This document shows, one piece after another, positions 8,253-18,800 of a DNA stretch of 64,000 nucleotides. Under the pieces are notes generated by a model. The model was not told the DNA's origin. It searched no databases and worked only from the letters and a program-made list of their open reading frames with translations. The first letter of the stretch is position 1. Each line of letters starts with the position of its first letter. A program made the position numbers and the translations under genes. Source of the stretch: Actinomycetota bacterium (GTDB taxonomy: Bacteria; Actinomycetota; Actinomycetes; Streptosporangiales; Streptosporangiaceae). The stretch is taken from the NCBI GenBank assembly GCA_027313705.1, contig DAHVDE010000105.1, forward strand, positions 30,544 to 94,543, in the 5' to 3' direction.

Positions 8253-9209
8253 TTAGGGGGTGGGGCGGGCTTGGAGGAGGTGCCAGACGAGCAGGAGCTG
8301 GGTGATCGCGAGGGGTTCGCTCCTGGTTCCGTCTGCGAGCCTGCCGAGCGTCTCAGGCATCGGCGTGCCGTGCCCGGAAGGCAACTGCTCCCAGATCACC
8401 TTCTCGACCATCCGTGCGTCTTCGCGCGGCGCGTACCCGTGCACGTGCAGTGCGTCGACCGGCCTGCTGTCCGCATCCCTGATCAGCTTGAGATGGACGG
8501 TACGCCGGTCGTCGTCGGTCAGCGTCGTCGACAGGTCCGGGTGCGAGATCGTCGGCCTCAGCAGGAGTTCGGCGGACAGCGGCGTGCCAGGCTCGACCTC
8601 CTTGCCGGGAATGGGCGCGAAACGCACGCAGATGTCCGCCCACTGGCGCTGCGGCCTGATGAAGGCCGCGGACTCGGGCTCCCTGCGCTCAAGCTCAGCC
8701 AGCACCTGCTCGGCGGTGTAACCGCGTTCCGCGGTGTCGCGCCGCAGCTTCCACCCGTGCCTGATTTCCTCTGGCGGGTCCAGGTAGACGGTCACGTCAA
8801 AGCAGGCGCGCAACACCTTGCTGTGCAACGGGAGCAGGCCTTCGACCAGCACGAATTCTCCTGGCTCGATCAGCACTGGCCGGGCGAGCAAGCCGGTGGA
8901 GTGGTCATAGACCGGCTTGAGCACGGGCTTGCCAAGCGCGAGCAACTGGAGGTGCTGCTCCATCACCTCGATGTAGTTGCACGCCGGGTTAAGTACGGTG
9001 TAGGGCACTTGCTTCCGCTCAGCCCTGTCGTATCTGTGGTAGTCGTCCACGCAGATGACGCTCGTGCGGTCCTGACCGAGCGCGGCTGCGATGCCCCTGG
9101 TCAGGGTCGTCTTTCCGGCGGCGCTGTCGCCCGCGATCGCGAGCATGACCGGCCGCGAGGCGCGCACAGGATCAGTGCGCGCAAGCCTGACCGCCTTGTG
9201 CGGGCTCAT
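8253..9209 (-). CDS. cbbP: Phosphoribulokinase
   Basis: 318-aa ORF with P-loop IAGDSAAGKTTLTRGIA and a PRK/uridine-kinase-like body (VICVDDYHRYDR...VLVEGLLPL...). It is the last gene of the cbbLSX operon. GGAGGTGG precedes the ATG. Confidence 0.9.
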   Translation of the reverse strand: MSPHKAVRLARTDPVRASRPVMLAIAGDSAAGKTTLTRGIAAALGQDRTSVICVDDYHRYDRAERKQVPYTVLNPACNYIEVMEQHLQLLALGKPVLKPVYDHSTGLLARPVLIEPGEFVLVEGLLPLHSKVLRACFDVTVYLDPPEEIRHGWKLRRDTAERGYTAEQVLAELERREPESAAFIRPQRQWADICVRFAPIPGKEVEPGTPLSAELLLRPTISHPDLSTTLTDDDRRTVHLKLIRDADSRPVDALHVHGYAPREDARMVEKVIWEQLPSGHGTPMPETLGRLADGTRSEPLAITQLLLVWHLLQARPTP

Positions 9210-9257
9210 GAGATCACCACCTCCCGTACCTGTGAATAACGGTACGCACCGGCCGGT

Positions 9258-10262
9258 TCATCGTGCTTGCCTTGGTCCGGTATTCGTGACTGGCTCGGCA
9301 AAGACGCGGCTGCCTCTGATGTCTTCCGCAGTGATCAGCATCAGGTCATCACGGCCGACGGTGCCCTGGACCGCGAGCAGCCGGCCGGCCTGGCGCAGCC
9401 TGGCCCGCTCAAGTGCATTGCGGACGCTCCGGGCATTGGCGAACCTTGGCTGCGTCATTCTCCGGTCCAGGTACTCGGAGAAAGCATCCCGCGCAGTTTC
9501 GGAAAAGCGATAGTTGTCATGCTCAAGAATAATCTGAGCGATCTGCGATAGTTCCGGCTTAGTGTAGTCATCGAACCGCAGGTGATGCGCGACTCGTGAG
9601 CTGAGGCCCGGGTTCGAGGCGAAGAAGGTCTCCATCCGGTCCGGATAGCCGGCGAAGATCACCGCCAGCGAGGCGCGGGCAGACTCCATCTCCTGAAGCA
9701 GGATTTCGATGGCTTCCTGCCCGTAGTCCCGCTCGTTCTCGGGCCGGTAGAGGTAATAGGCCTCGTCAATGAAGAGCACTCCGCCCGCCGCCTTGGCCAG
9801 GGCTTCCTTGGTCTTAGGCGCGGTGTGGCCGATGAACTGACCGACCAGGTCCTCGCGGGTGACCGCGTGCACCCGAGGCACCCGCAGGTAACCAAGCGCG
9901 TGCAAGATCTCAGCCATCCGCATGGCGACCGTGGTCTTGCCCGTGCCAGGGCTTCCAGTGAAGCTCATGTGCAGCGACGGCTTGCTGGCCGACAGGCCGA
10001 ACCTGGCTCGTGCCCGGTCCACCGTCAGCATCGCGGCGATCTCCTTGATCCGCAGCTTCACCGCGGCCAGTCCGACGAGTTCGGCGTCAAGCGCGGCGAG
10101 CACCGCCCTGACCCGTGCGGTCGCCTCGTCGGCGTGCAAGTCGACAAGGTCACCTGGTTCGAGCACCTGCGGCGCGGGCGGTTCTGCGGCCGCGGTGCCG
10201 TGAGCCGGCCTGGCGCCGTTGCTGATACCAGGCCGGTCCATCGAGAACTGAGCCGTCATCAT
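9258..10262 (-). CDS. cbbX: CbbX, AAA+ red-type RuBisCO activase
   Basis: Walker [14 protein letters not shown], Walker [33 protein letters not shown], then AGY..RM..F...NPGLSSR. Its ATG overlaps the cbbS stop (ATGA at 10259-10262). Confidence 0.9.
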   Translation of the reverse strand: MMTAQFSMDRPGISNGARPAHGTAAAEPPAPQVLEPGDLVDLHADEATARVRAVLAALDAELVGLAAVKLRIKEIAAMLTVDRARARFGLSASKPSLHMSFTGSPGTGKTTVAMRMAEILHALGYLRVPRVHAVTREDLVGQFIGHTAPKTKEALAKAAGGVLFIDEAYYLYRPENERDYGQEAIEILLQEMESARASLAVIFAGYPDRMETFFASNPGLSSRVAHHLRFDDYTKPELSQIAQIILEHDNYRFSETARDAFSEYLDRRMTQPRFANARSVRNALERARLRQAGRLLAVQGTVGRDDLMLITAEDIRGSRVFAEPVTNTGPRQAR

Positions 10263-10696
10263 GGCTCACCCGCATCGCTGCGATAGCGCTCCCCGGCTGG
10301 CGCCTGCGCCGCATAGGCCCGCACGCTGTATTGCTGGACCCGGCCACCGCGCTCGGCACGGTCAAGCTGGAACCCCGGCTCGTGCGGCGGCCGCTGCACG
10401 AGGAAGCTGAGCGCCACGGTCTGCCTGTGCAGGCTCGCGTCGTAGGCGAGCACCCGCACGTAGTGATCGGGGAAAGCGGCCCGGCAGGCGTTGATCTCGG
10501 CAAGCACGCCATCAGGCTGGTGCAAGTCGAACATGGGCAAACCCCAGATCTCCCAGTACACATTGCGCGGATGCGGATCGTCGGTGTACTCGACGGAGAC
10601 CGGCCAGCCATTGAGCAGTGCATAGCGCACCTGCGCCGCGATTTCATCGTCGGTCAGGTCAGGCAGGAAAGAGAAGGCTCCGTGTCGCAGGATCAT
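10259..10696 (-). CDS. cbbS: RuBisCO small subunit (red-type, with C-terminal extension)
   Basis: ATG 10696 gives [58 protein letters not shown]... It starts 13 nt after the cbbL stop. The ORF-track start at 10771 overlaps cbbL and is rejected. Confidence 0.9.
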   Translation of the reverse strand: MILRHGAFSFLPDLTDDEIAAQVRYALLNGWPVSVEYTDDPHPRNVYWEIWGLPMFDLHQPDGVLAEINACRAAFPDHYVRVLAYDASLHRQTVALSFLVQRPPHEPGFQLDRAERGGRVQQYSVRAYAAQAPAGERYRSDAGEP

Positions 10697-10709
10697 TTCA
10701 GTGCTCCGG

Positions 10710-12308
<1,599 letters not shown>

Positions 12309-13199
12309 GTGACTCCTGGCAGGCTGGAGACCTTCCTCGCCGTCGTCGACGCCGGGTCGGCGCGAGCCGCCGCTCAGCGGCTGTCGGTGACCGAGTCCGC
12401 GGTGTCGGCGTCGCTGGCCGCGCTGCATCGCGAGGTGGGCGTGCTCCTGCTCGAACGGCACGGGCGCGGTCTTGCGCTCACTGAGGCGGGCCGGGTGTTC
12501 GCCGACTATGCCAGGCGGATTCTCGGCCTGATCGACGAAGGCGTCGCGGCCGCGCGGGCCGGCGTCAGCGCGGAGAGCGGCCTGATCAGGCTAGGGACGG
12601 TGGCGACCGCGGGCGAGTACCTGGTGCCCGGCCTGCTCGCCTCGTTCAGAAGGCACCACCCGCTGGTCGAGGTGACACTCGATGTCGGCGTCAGGGACAA
12701 GGTGCTCGCGCTGCTCGCCGATCACCGCCTCGACGTCGTGATCGCCGGAAGACCGCTGCCCGGTCGCGGGCTGGTGAGCCGCGCCACCCGCGCCAACCGC
12801 CTCATCGTGGTGGCCGCTGCCGGGCCGCGGCCCGACCTGGCGACCGCGACCTGGCTGTTGCGTGAGCCAGGTTCTGGCACCAGGGACACCACGCTCGCGC
12901 TGATCGAGTCGCTCCAGCTCGATCCGCCGGTCCTCGCTCTTGGCTCACACGGAGCGGTCGTAGCATCGGCGGCACTCGGTCTCGGCGTCACCCTGGTCTC
13001 AGCCGATGCGGTAGCTGCCCAGCTTGACCGCGGCGAGCTCGCACCGGTGCCTGCTTCTGGCACTCCGCTTGACCGGCCCTGGCACGCGACTACCGGCCCG
13101 GCGCCTACGGCCACCGCCAGGCTCTTCCTGCGCCATCTCACTGACCGCGACAGCTCAGGTCAGCTCGCCTTCGCGGGCGGCGAATTCGCCGGCCAATGA
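12309..13199 (+). CDS. cbbR: LysR-family regulator of the cbb operon
   Basis: VTPGRLETFLAVVDAGSARAAAQRLSVTESAVSASLAALHREVGVLLLERHGRGLALTEAG is a LysR HTH, and the gene is divergent from cbbL. I prefer the GTG 12309 start (TTG 12291 also possible) over the track start at 12243. Confidence 0.8.
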   Translation: MTPGRLETFLAVVDAGSARAAAQRLSVTESAVSASLAALHREVGVLLLERHGRGLALTEAGRVFADYARRILGLIDEGVAAARAGVSAESGLIRLGTVATAGEYLVPGLLASFRRHHPLVEVTLDVGVRDKVLALLADHRLDVVIAGRPLPGRGLVSRATRANRLIVVAAAGPRPDLATATWLLREPGSGTRDTTLALIESLQLDPPVLALGSHGAVVASAALGLGVTLVSADAVAAQLDRGELAPVPASGTPLDRPWHATTGPAPTATARLFLRHLTDRDSSGQLAFAGGEFAGQ

Positions 13200-13201
13200 A
13201 A

Positions 13202-13232
13202 GTGCGCCCGTCCGGATTAGGGACGGGCGCAC
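13202..13232 (+). terminator. Perfect 12-bp hairpin 3 nt after the cbbR stop
   Basis: gtgcgcccgtcc (13202-13213), loop ggattag, ggacgggcgcac (13221-13232). There is no U-tract, the I-shaped type common in high-GC genomes. Confidence 0.6.
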
Positions 13233-13280
13233 GGTCTCGCATCTAGACTGTCCTTATTGCCAATTGGCGGTGTGCTGGTG

Positions 13281-13315
13281 CACGGGAGTCGCTGGCTTCC
13301 GACCCCGCTCCCGTG
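13281..13315 (-). terminator. Hairpin immediately after the small-peptide ORF
   Basis: cacgggag (13281-13288) pairs with ctcccgtg (13308-13315). It abuts the TAA of the 22-codon ORF on the minus strand. Confidence 0.45.
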
Positions 13316-13384
13316 TTACCACACACGCCAGGCGACCAGGGAAAGCACGGTGGTCAGCAAGATCACGATGCCGTGGGGTTCCAT
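13316..13384 (-). CDS. 22-aa hydrophobic peptide (MEPHGIVILLTTVLSLVAWRVW)
   Basis: Below the ORF-track length cutoff. ATG at 13384 is preceded by GAAGGAGGTG with a 7-nt spacer. It encodes a single TM-like span, ends at TAA 13316-13318, and is bracketed by hairpins on both sides. Confidence 0.4.
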   Translation of the reverse strand: MEPHGIVILLTTVLSLVAWRVW

Positions 13385-13472
13385 TACGTACACCTCCTTC
13401 GCGATCCCTTGGTTGGCGCGGATGAGATTCCTTCGTGCCATTTCAGGGTCGCGTCTGGCCTAATCGATCTCC

Positions 13473-13516
13473 ATACGTAACGGCCCACGTAACAACCCAC
13501 AGGAAACCCACGTAAA
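13473..13516 (-). promoter_or_regulatory. Three phased direct repeats (TTACGTGGG/TTACGTATGG on the minus strand) upstream of the small-peptide ORF
   Basis: ACGTAA cores start at 13475, 13487 and 13510 (spacings of 12 and 23 nt, about one and two helical turns). They lie 90-130 nt upstream of the 13384 start and just downstream of the NB-ARC gene stop. Confidence 0.3.
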
Positions 13517-13526
13517 TGGCGGGATG

Positions 13527-15803
13527 CTACCTGCCGGCCGCTGCGGTCTCGATGGCCTGCGAAACGCGATCGGCGCCTGCCGAGCCGAGTCGCTGATAGA
13601 TCTCGAGTGCCTGGCGCAGGTAGGTAAGGCCGAGACTGGCGTCGCCGGTGTCCAGGTAGTACTCACCGACACCCTCCGCCGCGCGGGCTTTCTCCGGCAG
13701 CGACCCGATCGCGGTGGCAATCTCGAGCGAGCGCTCGAACCAGGCACGCGCCCCTATAAGGTCGCCGCGCACCCGAGCTAGGTGCCCGAGGTGATTAATG
13801 GTCCTGGCTTCTCCGGCCGTATTGCCGAGCTCGCGGAACAACTTCAGTGCCCGGTCATAGTGACGCGCCGCGGCCAGATGATCACCGGTTGCCTGGGCCA
13901 CCGCGCCCAGGCCGCGGTGCGCGTTCGCCTCGCCGAGTTTATTGTCCAGTTCCCTGTGCAGTTCAAGCGCGCCGAGGTAGTTGGCAAGCGCTGCCTGATA
14001 GTCGTAAGTGAGCCGGCACGCGTCGGCCAGGTGGCTGAGCGCATTTGCCTCGCCGACCTTGTTGCCGAGCCTGCGGTGCACCTCAAGTGCCCGCTCATGA
14101 CTGGTAGCGGCGGCGGCGGCATCACCGGTGTCGAGCTGCAAGGTGCCCAGGTCGGTCAGTGCGCCCGCCTCGGCGAGTTCATCGCCCGCTGCCCTGGCCG
14201 CCTCGAGTGCCGCCTTATGCAATACCCGGGCCGAAGTCCAGTGACCCTGGTTACGCAGGAAGCCATGCATGGCAGCGGCGATCGAGGCCGAGTAGCCAGG
14301 CAGGCCGGCGACGGCCGCGTAACCGACTGCCGCCTCCAGATTGTGCCGCTCGGCTTCCATCCAGGCCACGGCCTCCTCGCGGCTGGCCAGCTCCCGCGCT
14401 TGCGCGGGCGGAAGCAAGTCAGCGGTGAAGGCCTGCGCCGACGCGCGCCTGGCGAGGAAACGGTCGGCCGAGCGCGCCTGGTACAGGTAATAGCTAAGCA
14501 GCCTGGCCATGGCGACGCTTTGCTGGCCCGGCGGATCTTGCACTGCCAGCGCCCTGGCGCGTTCTCTGAGCAGGTCATGTAGCTGGTATCGGCCAGCGGC
14601 CGGTTCCATCAGCAGGTAATGATCGTAGAGGCTGTGCAGTTGCGCCCTGGCGGGCACGTAGCCGGTACCTGCCAGTGCTGACGCCGAGTAAGCGTCGACA
14701 TCGGTGCCGGGGTGAGCGCCGATGAGCCTGAACAGCCGTTGCTCGGCGGCGCTGACGTCGCGGTAGGACAGGTCGAAGGCGGCCGTGACCGAGGCGTCCT
14801 CAGCTCGCATCAGGTCAAGCCGGTCCCTGGCCGCCGCAAGATCTTCCGCCAGGCCAGCCGCCGTCCAGGTCGGGTGGTGATGCAGTTGCCTGGCCAGCAT
14901 GCCGATGGCGAGCGGCAGGTAGCCACACAGCCTGGTGATCTTCGCCACGGCGGTATCGCCGGCTTCCAGGCCAGGGCGGCCGGCCAGCCTGGTGAGCAGC
15001 GCTCCCGCCTCGGCGGGCGGCAAGGTGCCCAGGCTGATCAGCGCGGCATCGTCGAGCGCGGTCAGGTGCCTGCGGCTGGTGACTATTACCAGGCAGCCGC
15101 CGCTTCCCGGCAGCAGCGGCTGGACCTGATCGTGACCGGCGGCGTCGTCAAGCACGAGCAGCATCCGCTTGCCAGCGAGATAGCCACGCCACATCTGGGC
15201 GCTGGCTTCCAGGCTCGACGGGATCCGCGCCGCGACCACCCCAGCTACCTGAAGCAGGCTGGCCAGCGCCTCACCAGGCTCGACGGGATCCTGGCCGGGT
15301 GTATGCGCGTGCAGCCTGATGAAGATCTGGCCGTCAGGGAACGCGCCGGCCAGCCGGTGCGCCGCGTGGATGGCGAAGGTGGTCTTGCCCACGCCCGCCA
15401 TGCCGCCGATGACCAAGATCTCCGTTCCTGACCTGGCCAGCAGGTCGGTTACCTGCCCAAGCTCGGCGTCCCTGCCGGTGAACGCGGTGTTGTCACGCGG
15501 CAGCGCCCGCGGGCCTGGCCAGAAAGGGCCGGAGAAAACGCCAGGCGACATCACGTCCGCCCCGGCAGGCTTGCCGCGCGCGGCGGCCTCGAAGGCCGTG
15601 CGAGCTGACCCGCGCAGGCCAAGGCCATCGGCAAGCAGTTGCGCGGTATCTTTGCGCGCGGTCTGGTTGACCCCGCGTTCCAGGTCGCTGATGGACCTGA
15701 CGGCCACGCCAGAGGCGTCAGCCAGTTCCTCCTGCGTCAACCCGGCGGCCAGCCGAAGCTGCCGCAAGGTCCCAGCGAAAGCCACCAGCTGAGCATGGCT
15801 CAT
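13527..15803 (-). CDS. STAND NTPase: XRE-type HTH / NB-ARC / TPR repeats
   Basis: 758 aa. It has an N-terminal HTH (LRQLRLAAGLTQEELADASGVAVRSISDLERG), a P-loop (GGMAGVGKTTFAIHAAHRL), Walker B (MLLVLDDA), CLVIVTSR, and then a long series of TPR-like repeats. The start is 18 nt after the stop of the upstream giant ORF. Confidence 0.85.
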   Translation of the reverse strand: MSHAQLVAFAGTLRQLRLAAGLTQEELADASGVAVRSISDLERGVNQTARKDTAQLLADGLGLRGSARTAFEAAARGKPAGADVMSPGVFSGPFWPGPRALPRDNTAFTGRDAELGQVTDLLARSGTEILVIGGMAGVGKTTFAIHAAHRLAGAFPDGQIFIRLHAHTPGQDPVEPGEALASLLQVAGVVAARIPSSLEASAQMWRGYLAGKRMLLVLDDAAGHDQVQPLLPGSGGCLVIVTSRRHLTALDDAALISLGTLPPAEAGALLTRLAGRPGLEAGDTAVAKITRLCGYLPLAIGMLARQLHHHPTWTAAGLAEDLAAARDRLDLMRAEDASVTAAFDLSYRDVSAAEQRLFRLIGAHPGTDVDAYSASALAGTGYVPARAQLHSLYDHYLLMEPAAGRYQLHDLLRERARALAVQDPPGQQSVAMARLLSYYLYQARSADRFLARRASAQAFTADLLPPAQARELASREEAVAWMEAERHNLEAAVGYAAVAGLPGYSASIAAAMHGFLRNQGHWTSARVLHKAALEAARAAGDELAEAGALTDLGTLQLDTGDAAAAATSHERALEVHRRLGNKVGEANALSHLADACRLTYDYQAALANYLGALELHRELDNKLGEANAHRGLGAVAQATGDHLAAARHYDRALKLFRELGNTAGEARTINHLGHLARVRGDLIGARAWFERSLEIATAIGSLPEKARAAEGVGEYYLDTGDASLGLTYLRQALEIYQRLGSAGADRVSQAIETAAAGR

Positions 15804-15821
15804 CCGGGCGGCAATGCGCCA

Positions 15822-18800
15822 CTATCTCCCGGCTGAGCCTGGATTCTCACCAGTTAGGTAACCGCGAACCAAGGCACCTGCCCGCTGTTCGGCAAGGTAT
15901 TTAAGTTCTTCATATTCGCAAATAACCTCCAGGCTAAGGTCAGGCTCGGCGAGCCGGTCGGCCAGCCAGCCTGCGATGCGAGCCGCCGTACGTGCTGGCT
16001 CCGTTTCGTCAGCCGCCCACAGCATCGTGGCGTTCCTCGCCACTCGCGCGAGCCGCGCATCAGCCGAGCCCGATCCGAGCGCTTCGGCCGCTGGCCGCCA
16101 GTCGCCGAGGTAGGCCAGCCCGGTCAGCCGCCCGATCGGCACGCTCGGGTGCACCCCTGTCTGGTCGGTCTCGCCGAGCAGCCGGCGCGCCGCGCGGGCC
16201 AGCTCGTCGCCAGGGGAAAGCAATCTGGCCAGGTAGCCGATCGCCGCAAGTGCCTCGGCGGCAGGCGCGATCTCGGTCAGGCCGTAACCGGGCAACGCCA
16301 CTATTAGCCCGGTCCTTGCCTCAAGGCCGGCCAGCGCGGCGCCGAGTCCGCCATGGCGGGCGGCGATCACCCGCAGCGCCCCTGGCAGCGCCAGCGCGGC
16401 GGCGGCGGCGAGGAACGTGGGCAGCTCGCATTGCTGCCCTGCCGCATACTGGGCAAGCAGCCGGTCACCGGCCTCGGCGCCGGCCTCGTATCCGGGTCCG
16501 GCGTCGCCGGTCAGCAAGAAGGCGGCCGAGGCAAGCGCGTCGATCGCGCAGCGCACGTCGGTCTCGTCAGCTGACTTCAGCATGGCCGCCAGCTCGCCGC
16601 GTGGCTGGCCGAACCGGCTCATCACCACCGGCCACGGCCAGCGGAGGCGCTCCGCGACGTCGTGACCGGCCAGGAAACGGTGCGCCCGCCAGGCTTCCCG
16701 CACACCGCTGGCCAGATCACGGGAGGAAATCGCGCCGACCAGGGCACCAAGGCAGTCAAGGCCGGGCCGATCAGGCCGGCCCGGCCCGGCGAAAGCGGGC
16801 AGCAGGGCGCGGAAGTATCTGGTGACCTCGGCAAGGTCCACGCTGCGCTGCCTGGCCAGTGCCGCCGCGATCAGCACCAGGTCCGCGCGCTGCCCGGCCC
16901 AGGCCGCGGCTGCGGCGAACGCACCGGGAGCGAGATCTGGCCTGCCGCCAAGCAGCCGGTGCGCGGCGGCGGCGGCGGCCAGCGGGTCAGGTCCGGCGAT
17001 CACGGTGAGCAGGCGCTCGGCAGGCAGGTCGGAGCCGAACAAGATGGCACGCCAGGCAGCTTCTCCGCCTTCGTCGCGGCCGCGCTCCGCGGCGACCGCG
17101 GCGTCGATCAGCTCACGAACCGGACCGTCGCCGATCTCGAACGCGAACCGGCGCTTGAGCAGCTCGCTAAGCCGATCTGGACCGCTCAGGCCGCGAAGCA
17201 GCTCGTAACGTTCCTCTTGCAACTGCCGCGCCTGCGCGGCCGAGATCGCGGCGGGCAACTCGCCTTCGACCTCGGTCAGCCGCACAGCGGCGGCCCGCCG
17301 GTAGGCGCCGGCGAGCCTGCCTGGCAGCCGCTCGCCCAGGCTCCTGAGCGCCAGCCAGGCTTCATGGCGCACCGGCCATGGCGTCTCGCCGCCAACCTGC
17401 TCGGCAATCAGCGCGACGATTCCGTGCAGCTTCAGGTCGCCGATGATCCGCGTGGCCGCCGCCCGCACGCTGGCAGGAACCCCGCTGCCGGTAATCAGGC
17501 TGGCCGCCTGCCTGATCAAAGAGCCGGCCAGCAAGCTGCGCGGCTGTCCGGGGCGGGCCGCACGGCAGGCATCGGCCAGTGCGGTAAGGCAGAACTCGCG
17601 CCAGACAGGATCGGCGCCGCTGTCGGCGATCACCGCGAGCAGGCCAGCGTAAGCGGGCCGCCGCCCGCCGCTGTAGCCAAGCTCCGCGCAGGTGCCGAGG
17701 TCGGCTAGCGCCAGCGCGGCTCGCTCCCGTGCGAGCCTGCTCGCGCGGGAGTCCTTCAGCGTGCGTTCTTGTGCCTGCACGAACCAGCCGGCCAGACTGG
17801 CCGGCGGCCCGTCCGCCGACAGGAGCAACGCCGCCGCGTAGCGCGGGTCGGCGTCCGCCACCGTCCGCACCAGGTCGCCAAGCAGGTCAGGGGTGGTCGT
17901 ACTGAACGAGGCGAACATCTTGAATGCATCGCGCCAGGCGAACCTGAGCAGCAGCAGAACCAGCCCGCGCGGATCGGCGCCTGCCGTCGCCCGCAGCACC
18001 CTGGCGGCGAAGTAGTCCTGGTAAACCCGCACCGTGAAGTGACAGGCCCCGCCATCCCGCACCACGATGCCAAGGCAGGCAAGCCCTTCGTCGGCTCGCT
18101 CCTCGCCGTGGTCACCGTTAAGCTGCCGCACGGCCAGCCGCTCCGCGTGGTCGATCCACGAACCGGGCGGCACAGCGGCCACGTACCGGTCGAGCAGGTC
18201 TCCGGCCGTCCGCGCCTGGCCGGCGTCCTGAACCTGGGCAAGCATGGAAAGCAGCAGCGGGTTACGAGCAAGTTCGGCCAGCGCCTGGTCGGGCGAGCGG
18301 CCGAGCACGCGATCGGCGATGGCGGCCGCACCAGGCGACGGGTGCCTGGCGAGGTACTGCCCGATGCACGCCGGATCGGGCTCGTGCAGCGCGATCGCGC
18401 GCCAGCCGGCTAGCTCGGCGGGCGCATGTGTACCCCGACAGCAGATAGTCAGCAAAGCGCGCGGGAACCGCTGCCTGACCTGCGTAAGCCAGCCGGTCAC
18501 GCTCGGCAGGTCGGCTGCGGCGAGCCGATCGAAATCGTCGACTAGCAGGTGGATCACGCCGACGGCGAGCAGGGGGCGCACCGGCCCCGCACCGCGCAAT
18601 GTCTGGTCCAAGAACTCCCAGACCGCGTCGCCTCCGTGCCGCAGTGACCTTTGCAGCTCAGCCGCCCGCACCCGGACAGGAAGGTGCGGGACCTCCGTTT
18701 CTGCTGGCCAGCGGGTCAGGTAACCGGACGGCCGCAGCCAGCGGCGCTCAAGTTCTTCGAGCAAGCTGGTCTTGCCCGACCCGGTGCCGCCGAGCACGAT

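Noticed and set aside
8133-9239. 368-aa plus-strand ORF covering the whole phosphoribulokinase region
   Set aside because: It is antisense to a gene with clear PRK motifs. The product is Arg/Gly/Pro-rich with no recognisable motif and starts inside the intergenic repeat. It is a typical high-GC shadow ORF.
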